64,000 bases of DNA from Chiloscyllium plagiosum (taxonomy: Eukaryota), in the NCBI RefSeq assembly GCF_004010195.1, contig NC_057735.1:11411577-11475576 (forward strand), in the 5' to 3' direction. Positions within the stretch are counted from its first letter, which is position 1. Every line of letters begins with the position of its first letter. This document shows, piece after piece, positions 51,531 to 62,196 of this stretch. Below the pieces are notes generated by a model. That model was not told the origin of the DNA. It saw only the letters and a program-made list of their open reading frames with translations, and searched no databases. A program made the position numbers and the translations under genes.

Positions 51531-53593
51531 GTAAGTATTCGAGACAAACACGCCATTGTCCTGATAGACTGACTGCGTCAATACAGAACTCCATTCAGAG
51601 CAAAAAGTGGAAACTTCCTAACCTGGAGGAGGTGGGAGGAATAGTGAGGGGGTCAAATTGATTGGGCGAGGGTAAACAGTTCAGATTCTCACTGGCAGAA
51701 TAAAGTGTTGTGAGGAACTTGTCTGACCACAAAAGGTAGGGCAAATCTCACAGTTACCGACATCAGAAAGCTTCAAGTTATCTGTTAGTATCTCAGAAAG
51801 TGATCCTTTTCAATTAATTATATTTGCCATTCGGAAGGGTTCAAGCGGTATGGTGGTACAGCCCATACCTCTCAGCCACAAGACCCAAGTTTATTAGGAA
51901 AATATCTACTTGTCAACAGAAAAAGTGTTTCAATCTCTTAGCATGCAGCTCATTTGATAAGATTCCATGTGGGAAATTGATAGCACAGGGAAGGGCACAT
52001 GGAAACCAAGAAAATTCAACAAATTGGATCCACAATTACTGAGTGGGAGAGATTTCTTTTCTGACTGGAAGTCTGTGTACTGTGAAGTTTAACAGAGTTC
52101 AGCATTTACTCTTTGTGGCTTATATAAATGATACCAACTTGTATGGAGATCAGAATCCAGAGTCAGTTTTGATAGAGATAAGAAATAAAGAAAAGAGGGC
52201 TTTTGTTGGTATAGGTTGTAAGCCCCTAAGTGTAACCACACTACATGTTGGACTATACAGACTAAACATAATGGGCGCCGGTCAAAATGATATGACTATA
52301 ATTGTGGTGATATTTTACCTTTGATATAGATGACATGGCTGAAGGGACTGAATGTATAATTGCTAAATTTACTCGTGTTTTAAATGATTTGTAGTAAGGT
52401 AACTGCAAAGAAGACATAAAGAATACGTATAGGGAGACAGGGATGAGTTCAGTGTACAGGAAAATCTTTGGCAAATAGACTGTCATGTAGAATAATGTGT
52501 CTGCATTCCCAATTCAAGGAACAATAGAAAAGCAGCAGCATATTCCCATGGAGAAAGCTTGCCAGATTCTGAGGTTCAGAGAGATTGAGGATGTCCTGGG
52601 ATATGAATCATGAAAAGTTGGAATATGGAGCCAACAGGTGATTATGAATTGAATGATGTGATTTGTTAGAAAGGAAGTGGAATATATAAGGAGGGATGGT
52701 TTGCAACAGTTGTAAGGAATATTGCTGAGACCACAGCTGGATTATTGGATACAGTTTTCATCTCCCTATTTAATAAAAGATACAAATGGGTTACAAGCCA
52801 TTCAGAGATCGCGAACTCGACTGATACCTATCATGGGGAAGCTCAAAACCTCAAGCACTTTTAAAGTTGCCTGGAAAAGCAGCAAATAACCCATGTGGAA
52901 ATGATTTAACCAGTGTTAGAACAATGGCTCTTGGGGCTTAGTTTATACTTGTCAAAACAATGCTTGGTTGGTCTGCAGATTTTTGTTTCCCATTGGAAAT
53001 CTGAGATTGGCTGAATCAAATAAAGTTTTGATCCAAAATAATTGTTTTTAATTTAATTGTTATTTTATAACCATGACCTCATACAAATGTGACATTGAAC
53101 TGAGGTGTGAGAGGCAGCAGCTGAAAGTCTCCTCACTCAGCCACAGTGTGTTCTATTGTACAGTCCGGAACATGAGATGGATTGACATGGCTGTACACGT
53201 AGGAAATGGAACCCCACTCCCCCCACCACGACTCCAGGAAAGTTAAACACATTCAGAGGGTAAAGTCAGAAGACATATGACACCAGGTTATAGTCCAACA
53301 TGTTTATTTGAAATCACAACCGTTCGGAGCCCTGACTCTTCGTCAGGTGACGTGTGACTTCTGACATTATCCACCCCAGTTCAACACTGGCACCTCCCCA
53401 ACATGGCTACCAATTTCAGAGGAAGAAATTATGGGAAGTAAATCCTTACCATTTAAACAGGCATCTCCACCCACACACTCAGCTGTGGGTTTTGACAAGT
53501 ATCTCTTGAAATGCCAGACCTTTGAATGATGCTCAATTCATTCACCTTCATCAATTCCAATGCTTTAAGTTCATTTCTTACTCTATTCTCCAG

Positions 53594-53665
53594 CCAAACA
53601 ACTAAAGGATCAACTGAAATGTCAGCCACAGAACAAGAATGCAACAGAACTCCACTTGAAGATGG
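53594..53665 (+). CDS. Candidate second stalk exon: QTTKGSTEMSATEQECNRTPLEDG
   Basis: Strong acceptor ttactctattctccAG, donor GG|GTCAGA; phase 2 to 2 would bridge the stalk exon and the TM exon types. Confidence 0.5.
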
Positions 53666-53858
53666 GTCAGAAGATTCATTAAATCATGCAAGAAAGTCCA
53701 AAGTATTTCACCATGTATTTAGAAGTTAGTCTGTAATGTTCTGATTATTCACACTTGAATACAATCTGAAAGGCTTTGTAAACAATAGAATTTACTTCTC
53801 GATATTTTTATAATTGAGTTTTGGGAGGGCACTGTCTGTCTGAACATTGTACAGCTCA

Positions 53859-54185
53859 CGGCATGGCAGCTCAGTGGTTAGCACTACTACCTCACAGCGT
53901 CAAGGACCTGAGTTCAATTCCTGCCTCGGGTACTGACTGTGTGGAGTTTGCACATTTCCCCCGTGTCTGCGTGGGTTTCCTCCGGGCACTCCGGTTTCTT
54001 CCCTCAGTCCAAAGATGTGCAGGCCAGGTGAATTGGCCATGTCAAATTGACCATAGTGTTACATGCATTGGTCAGGGAAAATACAGGGTAGGGTAATGGG
54101 TGTGGGTGGGTTACTCTTCAGAGGGTTCAGTATGGGCTTGTTGGGCCACAGGGCCTGTTTCCATGCTGTAGGGAATCTAATCTAA
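53859..54185 (+). mobile_element. HE1-like V-SINE
   Basis: Family consensus. Confidence 0.85.
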
Positions 54186-54463
54186 TAAAAACTGTTAAAA
54201 TTATTTTACAGTTCCCATGACAACCAATTATCTATATCAATTGAAGATCAATCAAACAGCTTTCTTAATAAACACAATTGTCAGTCTATTATGAACTGAA
54301 ACTTACTCAATAAAGATGCAATATTATTTCGCTTACACAATCGGTAAGATTGAATAATATAGATCGCCTGCCTCCAACACTGACTCCTGGACTCCAGTTG
54401 AGTCCCAGTCTCCAGTGACTGAACCTCAGCACAGACCTGACAAGAGGCCTCCAGGCGTGGCAT

Positions 54464-55110
54464 GGTACAGCAACATCCCGGCCTGATGTAACTACCTCCC
54501 GGCCTGGTGTAACAATCTCCCAGCCTGGCACAACAACCTCCCGGCCTAGTATAACCACCACCCAGCTTGGCACAGTAACTGCCTGGCCTGGTGTAACCAC
54601 CTCCCGGCCTAGTGTAACAAACTCCTGGTCTGGGGTAGCAGTTTCCCGGCCTGAAGTAACCACTTCCCAGACTGGTGTAATCACATCTCAGCCTGGCACA
54701 GAAACCTCCCGGCCTAGTATAACCATCGCCTGGCCTGGCACAGCAACATCCTGGCCTGGTGTAACCACCTCTTGGCTTGGTGTAACGATCTCCTGGCTTG
54801 GTGTAGCAGTTTCCTGTCTGGTAATGCGGATATACCAGACTGGTGTAACTGCCTCGCATCCTGGAGTAACTGCCTCCCAGCCTGGTGTAGATGCCTCCCA
54901 CCCGGGTGTAGCTGCCTCTGAACCTGGGGTAATGGTCTCTCAGCCTGGGGTAACAGTCTCTTGGCCTGGGGTAACGGTCTCTCAACCTTGGGTAAAGGTC
55001 TCTCATTCTGGGGTTTCGGTCTCTCGGCCTGGGGTAAAGGGCTTTTGGCCTGGTGTAACTGCCTCTAAGCCTTGTGTAACTGCCTTCCGGCCTGGTGTAG
55101 TTGCCTCCCT
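54464..55110 (+). repeat. 21-bp tandem repeat, ~30 units, encoding mucin-like heptads (R/Q/W)PGVT(T/A/V)S
   Basis: Consensus CGGCCTGGTGTAACCACCTCC; + frame stop-free from 54419 to the stop at 55310-55312 (extends ORF 54824 upstream). Confidence 0.9.
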
Positions 55111-55299
55111 GGGTTGGCAAAAAACGCCGTGCAGAAGGGCATCCTCAACCCGCTGTAAGGGTCTGGAGCAATCTCCCAGACTCATGATCCTCAAGGTGAA
55201 CATCGGTGTGGTCTGGAGACAGGGTGGACTGGAGGCTAGGGATCAGCTTGTGATGGGTTTGGAAGACCGCTGTTCTAGAACTCACTGTTTTCATTGGCG

Positions 55300-55670
55300 A
55301 GAAGAACATTGAGAGGTGACTTAACTGAGACATATAAGATAATCAGAGGGTTAGGTAGGGTGGACTGTGAGAGCCGTTTTCCTCAGATGGTGATGGCTAG
55401 CACAAGGGGGCATAGATTTAAATAGATGTTGGACAGATGTCGGACAGATGTCAGAGGTAGTTTCTTCACTCAAAGAGTAGTAGGGCGTGGAATGCAATGC
55501 CTACAGCAGTAGTAGACTCGCCAACTTTAAGGGCATTTAAATGGTCATTCAGTAGACATATGGACAACAATGCAATAGTGTAGGTTAAATGTGCTTCAGA
55601 CTGGTTTCACAGAAAGGCGTAACATCAAGGGCCGAAGAGCCTGTACTGTGCTGTAATATTCTATGTTCTA
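55300..55670 (+). mobile_element. CR1 3' end
   Basis: LRGDL.E.YKI.RG...RGHR remnants and TTCTATG tail. Confidence 0.8.
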
Positions 55671-56179
55671 GACTTTTATTCTTGCAATGCTGGACATTTC
55701 ATTTCTCTATTTTCCAAGATTTTGTAACTAAAGAAGCTGTACCTAGGTACCTTGAACCTAAGATGGTGCTTTAAGGGGCGATGTATAATCTTTTGACTGT
55801 AATTATTGAGTATGTGTGACAATAAAGCTAATTCTAATTCTATCAAGCATAAATGCACAACCATCCAAATATCCCCTAACTACAGTCACAAACATATTCA
55901 CACACATGCACATATACTCAAACAGATTTCTCTGCAGGGATTTGAGTCATTGAAATACAAACACTTTGGCTAGTGGTTTATTCAAAGGGAAAACCATAGG
56001 ATGACTCAGAGCCAGTTGTTCTGATGCTCTGGCAAGTATGGTCAAGTTACTATTCACACAAGGACATCTCAGGAGTCTTGTAGTAACAGCATACTCAAGA
56101 AATACAATACTCAGAAGATCTTTCAGAAGCACCATCATGTTTCACTATAAACTGATGTAGAGTTTGTTGTTTACAAATG

Positions 56180-58720
56180 AGAGAGTCACAGCAATGCAGC
56201 ATGGAAACTGCCCCTTTGGCCCAACTGGTCCATGCTGACCATGTGCCCAAAGTAAACAGTCACCCCTACTGCTTCTGGCCAATAGCCCTCCATACCATTT
56301 CCATTCATTAATTTATCCAAATGTCTTTTAAATATTATACGTATTCCTGAATCCAACAATTTCTCTGGCAGTCCATTCCACACACAAACCACATACTGTG
56401 TAAAAACGTTACCCCTCATCCCTTTTTAAATCTTGTTCCAATCACCTTAAAAATATGCCCCTCATTTTGAAATCCCCACCCCATCAAAAAGACCTCTGCT
56501 ATTCACCTTTTATATGACCCTCATGATTTTATAAACTTTTATAAGGAAACCCCTCAATTTACTACACCCCAGCGAAAAATGTCCCAACCTATCCAGCCTA
56601 TTATTATAACTCAGATTTTCTTGTCAATTAAAAGGCACTTCAGCTCTTGTTTGAGCAATATAGAACAGTACAGCACAGTACAGATCCTTCGGACACAAGG
56701 TTGTACCGAGCATTTATCTTAATCTCAGATCAACCAAACCGACACACCCCTCAATTTACTGCCGTCCATGTACTTGTCCAGCAGTTGCTGCAGTCCGCTG
56801 GCAGTGCATTCCACACACCCACCACTCTCTGGTAAAGAACCAACCTCTGACATCTCCCCTATACCTTCCTCCAATCATCTTAACATTATGACCCGTCGTG
56901 ACAGCCACTTCTGCCCTGGGGAAAAGTCTCTGGCTATCTAGGAGAAAGTGAGGACTGCAGATGCTGGAGATCAGAGCTGAAAATGTGTCGCTGGAAAAGC
57001 GCAGCAGGTCAGGCAGCATCCAAGGAGCAGGAGAATCGACGTTTCGGGCATGAGCCTGAAGAAGGGCTTCTGCCCGAAATGTCGATTCTCCTGCTCCTTG
57101 GATGCTGCCTGACCTGCTGCACTTTTCCAGCAACACATTTTCGTCTCTGGCTATGTACTCTATCTAAGCTATTCAGTACCTTGTCTACCTCTATCAAATC
57201 ATGCCTCTATCAAATTATGGACAATCAAACTCTGCAAAGACACGAGGGAAAAAGATACATGGCCAACCCTGGCCTAAGCTTACCTCAGTCTTGGCCAACA
57301 TATGTCATCCACATAGTCAGAAACTGGGGAAGAATCATCTTCATAGATTGTAGGAATGTTATTCTGGGAGTTAGGGCAGTGATAGACAATGATTTGATTG
57401 GATGGTTATATTCCTGCTTTTGAAACATATTTCGCAGAACAAAGAGAAGAAACAATGAACAAAGAACAGTACAGTATAGGTGCAGGCCCTTCGGCCCACC
57501 AAGACTGGACTGACATATGATACCTTTTTAAACTACAAACCTATGGTCTCTTTGCGGTTCACAACCCTCTAGTCGCTGCCTATCCGTGTATCTGTCAAGA
57601 TACCTCCTAAACATTGCTGTTCTATTTGCTTCTATCACCTCCTCTGGCAGCGTATTCCATGGACTTGTGTAAAACACTTGCATCTCATATCTCCTTTAAA
57701 CTTTCCCCTTTTACCTTCAATCTGTATCCCCTTGTAATTGATATTCCTACTCTGGGGAAAAAATCTCTGAACATCCATTCTGTCCACGCTTCTCATAATT
57801 TTGGAAACTTTTATCAGGTCGCCCTTCAGTCTCCAATGTTCAAATGAAAGCAAACCACATTTCTCCAATCTCTCCTCATAGCTAATACCATCCGAACTGA
57901 GCAAATCTGTTCTGCAACTTCTCCAAAACCCCCACATCCTTCTGATCGTGTAGTGATCAGAACTGTACACAATATTCCAAAAGTGCCTTCACTGAAGTTC
58001 GATCCAGCTGCAACATTCTTGACAATATTTATACTCTGTCCTCTGACCGGTAATGACAAGCAAGCGACATGCATTCCTGACCACCTGGTCCACTTGTGTT
58101 GCTACTTTCAGGGAACCCTGGACCTGTATGCTGAGATACCTCTGTATGTTAGAGCATCTAAGCATTCTGCCATTTACCGTATTCTTTCCAATTGCAATAC
58201 ACTTTCCAAAATACATCACATCACATTTGTCTGGATTAAGATCCATCAGCTATTTCTCCACCCAAGACTCCAGCCTATCTACATCCTCTGGCAATCTCTC
58301 TTACAAGCTGCAACTTCATAATCTTCGTGAAACCTGAAAACTTCTAAGTGAGACCTCCTACATTCTCCAGTGAGTATTTTTAAAGGGCAGTGTGTGGTTC
58401 CCGAACTATGGGGTTGGAGGCTATGGATGGGAGATTCCCTCAGGTGATGAGGTTCTGGATGGTCCTGGCCCTGACAATCTTCTCCCATAATTTCCTTGCC
58501 ATTGACCTAAGGCTCACTGGCCTGTAACTTCTTGCATTATCCCTGTTGTTTTTCTTAAACAAAGAGACAACATTGGCTATTCTCCTCTTGGACCTCTACT
58601 GTGATTAAAGAGGATCCAACAATTTTCCACAAGGCCCCAGCAATTTCCTCCTACTTCACCCTCTGAGGTAGATCCTGGGGATTTGTCTATCTGAATTTTT
58701 TTCCAAATGTCCAATCCTTT
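56180..58720 (-). mobile_element. Several antisense CR1 fragments; 57455-58720 is paralogous to 41340-41730 plus 45910-46700
   Basis: ORFs 56186..56419, 57635..57970 and 57989..58246 are CR1 ORF2 pieces. Confidence 0.8.
56939..57142. mobile_element. Penelope-derived palindromic element (family 2)
   Basis: Inverted arms; CTGAAGA-A-GGGC-TTCT-GCCC-GAAA-TG-TC core at 57056; duplication GTCTCTGGCTAT at 56926 and 57143. Confidence 0.8.
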
Positions 58721-59084
58721 CCATCTCCTGCAAGCTCCTCGGTGATTCCAACTGCCAATCCAACCAATCCATGAGGGTCTGACAGGACCTGCAACTGGAC
58801 ACACTTCCTGAAGATGGAGCTATTCAAATTGCCTCTGATTTCCCACATTCTGCAGGAGAAATTTACTACAACGCTGACTTACATTTTTACACTCTAGCAG
58901 CTATTCAATTAAATATAAATTTTGATTCAATTAGTTTACTGCTAACATGATGGTTCCTAGTGCTAGAATCCCAATCAAGAGTAGTAAATGCACTATTCCC
59001 TAAACAACAGTCCAGGTATTACTCTCAATCCCTCTTGACACAACCACTCAGTCACATCCCACTGCTCTAAAACCTTTCGAGTAT

Positions 59085-60650
59085 TGTCGTGAATGGGACC
59101 ATGGCCAGGTGGATTTCATTGATAATAAGATCCCTGATTGGGGCTGTTACTTGGCTCAAACAGGGAGCTCCAGCTGGCAAAGAGATTCAGAAGGTTCCCC
59201 TCAGTGTGAAGGGACTGGCTTTGAGCTGATTGGACACAGCCCGTGTACAGTGCTCATGTAATTAAAGGGTGATTTGGTGATGGGGTACCGGCTTCTGTTA
59301 CAGATTAAGTTGACAACTTTGGTTCCGGTCTCCATTGCAAAGCAGACTCTACAGTTACCACAGATTGTAGTAGGAGGCTCAGGCCACAGCCTATTGGGGC
59401 AGAATTGGTTTAGAAAGATTCACCTTGATTGGCTCAACATTTCTCGAGTAGAAAATGGCTGCCTGAGTGAAGTCCTAAATCAGTACCCAGAGGCTGTTCA
59501 GGAACGGTTAGGCACGATCAAAGGGGCAAACGCCAATTTACCAGTTGATAAGGAGGCAATCACAAAACTTTGTAAGGCATGCCCAGTGCCATTTGCCTGA
59601 CAGGAATCCCCAGTGGCTCAGCAGAGAGGAACACCCGTCAGCATGGACTATCCAGACTTTGGCTGATGCTGAACACAAATACACCCAGATAGAGAAGGAA
59701 GGTTGTGATATCATCTTTGATGTGAGAAAGTTCCACTAATACCTTTACAGACGTAAATTTGTCATGGTAATGACGCACAAACCCCTGTTAGGGTTATTTA
59801 AAGAACACAAGGATGTGCCACCCATAGATTCTGGTCAAATTCAGTGGTGGGCCCTTACTCTCAGTGCGTACCATTACCAGTTGGAACACTGCCCAGAAGG
59901 TCAAATGGCAAATTTGAATGTCTTGAGGCCTCCCACTGGCAGATATACCATCGGTGGTGCCTCCCTGGGACAGTCCCTGCTGGTTTTAAACTTCCTGGAC
60001 ATCTTTTTGGTCACCGTCGACGATATCCGACTGTGGACACATAACAATCCTGGCAAACTAAAACAGATGGAGGTAATAGGGAAACAAAAGGGCCTCGAGA
60101 ACCCAGACTGAAACCTTTCTGGACCCGGTGAGACCAGACCACTGAAGGGTACAGCATGTTCCTATGGGGAGCATGACTGATTATCCCGAGAAAAGATCCC
60201 TGCCAGATACTGGCTGAACTCAATCCGGGTCATCCAGGGGTTTCCAAGATGAAGATGTTGGCAAGGCATTATGTCCGATGGTCAGGATTGTTCCCGTGAC
60301 ATACAAAGTTTGGATAAGTGAGGCAATCCTGAACAAATCTGGATCAGCTGAAAGCTGCTAACATGCAAATGGGGCAGGAGCAAAACATACCCAGCCCCTC
60401 ACACCAGCCAGAAAGGCTGTCAGAAATTGTGGCTTCCAGTCGGGGACCTCAGAGTCCAAGTAGGAAGCAGACTCGATACCATCACAATTGGAAAATGAGG
60501 AGGGAACTCTAGAGATAAACAGGAGATTCAAAAGGGCTCCTCAGTCTATGGACTGTCTTGGAGCTGACTGGTCACAGCCTATGTATGTTTACATGTAAAT
60601 AAAGGGGGGCTTGGTGACAGGATACTGGCCTCTCTGCAGTTATTCCAACA
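59085..60650 (+). mobile_element. Internally deleted Ty3/Gypsy provirus: 5' LTR, pol remnants, PPT, partial 3' LTR
   Basis: Protease G.SLLGQNW, RPVPFA-like motif, RNase H YTQIEKEG/HKPLLGLF, integrase zinc finger HPGVSKMKMLAR.YV.W; purine tract at ~60491-60505. Confidence 0.85.
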
Positions 60651-60699
60651 ATAAAAGCATAATGGGAACTGAAAGTGAGAGAAAGAGAATCAGCTGACC

Positions 60700-61046
60700 A
60701 TGATTGACCAATCAGGAGCCCTGCTGTCCAAAATGTCCCTTTGCAATGTGTGATGTGATAAAATGCAGCTCCCAGGTCAGCAGCTGTCCCTTCACTGTTA
60801 CCGTGGTGAGCGATTCAACAGCGAAGGGTTTCTATCTATGAATGTGTGAGAAAGCACCCAGACACTTAATGAGGAACTCAGGGAGTGACGCAAGGTGATC
60901 TCACAGATTGTTAAAGAGGAACTGGCCAACTGTAACATGAAGCAGGAAGTGACAGATATAACGGGGAGTAAACTAATTCAAACACAGCTCTCCTAACAGA
61001 CAATATCTGAACAATAAGAATTCACCCACAAGAAACAGCTGGAGCG
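60700..61046 (+). promoter_or_regulatory. Putative copy D promoter (CCAAT, E-box, GAGGAA x2, CAGGAAGTG)
   Basis: Paralogous to 47240-47582; ETS cores at 60871, 60916 and 60943. Confidence 0.5.
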
Positions 61047-61086
61047 ATGAAAACAATTGGGTTTTTCATTCTTATCTCTGTGTCAA
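61047..61086 (+). CDS. Copy D leader exon MKTIGFFILISVS; V exon expected beyond the window end
   Basis: Paralog of the 47583 exon with an identical donor; following intron collinear with copy C. Confidence 0.8.
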
Positions 61087-62196
61087 GTAAGTCTCCTTTC
61101 AGATCTCGATTTTCAGTATAATTAAAATGTACATTTTTAAATAAGAGCTGAGAAAGGCCAGTAATGTTTATTGACACAGTGGCCCGTCAGTTTGTGAGGG
61201 AGTTAATGAGTAGTTAGTGACAAGTTGTTTGGAAAGGTGGTATTGTGGGTGAGGTCAGTCTGTTCCCCAGCATCACCCGCCTGGTTTTGTGTCTCTCTGT
61301 GGGATCCCACTGAACCTGAATGTTTCTGTCCTGTCTGACACCAGACTTCCTCGTCAGTGCTAACACAGTAACTGCAAGTTTTTCTTTGAAGTAATGAAGG
61401 TTGTACAATAGGGCAGCTTAACCCACCCAAAGTCCTTCAGGGAAGGGAGGGCTGTGGTACAATAGGGTTGTTCATGGTCACGTCATCCAGAGACCCAGGC
61501 TCAAGTCACACAATGGTGGATGGAGAGACGTGAACTTCACAAATCTGGATATCTATCGGACCCTTTAGGGAAGGAAATCTGCCGAATGACATGTCGTTGC
61601 AGACTCACAGCGATTTGGTTGATGTACAACTGCCTTTGAAATTTAGAATGTACTCAGCTCAGGGATAATTAAAGATAAACAACTTGGATGCCAGTAGTAG
61701 CTACATCCCAGAAAAGGATTTATGAAATGAGTTTCAAAATGTAAAATTTAGCACAGCATCCAATGTGATCACTAAATCCAGTATCATGCCTCCTTCTCTT
61801 GGTACCCAAGTGCAGACTGAGAAACGATGGCTAATGGCTGAGAAAGCAATTTCATTTGAAGTCAATGATTATCACCATGAACACAAACTCCTTCTTGTTA
61901 TTCAGGACAGAATACCAGAGAGTGGCCCCTCATTCCAAAGGTTCACTTGCTGAGGAATATTGGCTACAGACACTAACAACGTCAACAGCCTGTCTTCTTT
62001 TACAAGGAATAATTGAATGGAGGAAAGATTTAAAACATCAATATTTTTCCGAATGCCCTAAACAAACCAGGGGCTGAGTTTTCCCATTCCCACCTTGAGC
62101 AAGTGCACATTGGGGCATCAAGTTCCATTTCCCAGGCCCATCCCAATACCCCCAACTTTCTCCGCGCTTCCAAATGGACAGACAGAGAAAAACAGT

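Noticed and set aside
54281-55120. 279-aa minus-strand ORF (RPGGxYT repeats) as a gene
   Set aside because: Likely an antisense shadow of the 21-bp repeat; the + frame is also open, matches cluster orientation and has stalk-like composition. Not formally excluded without stranded RNA data
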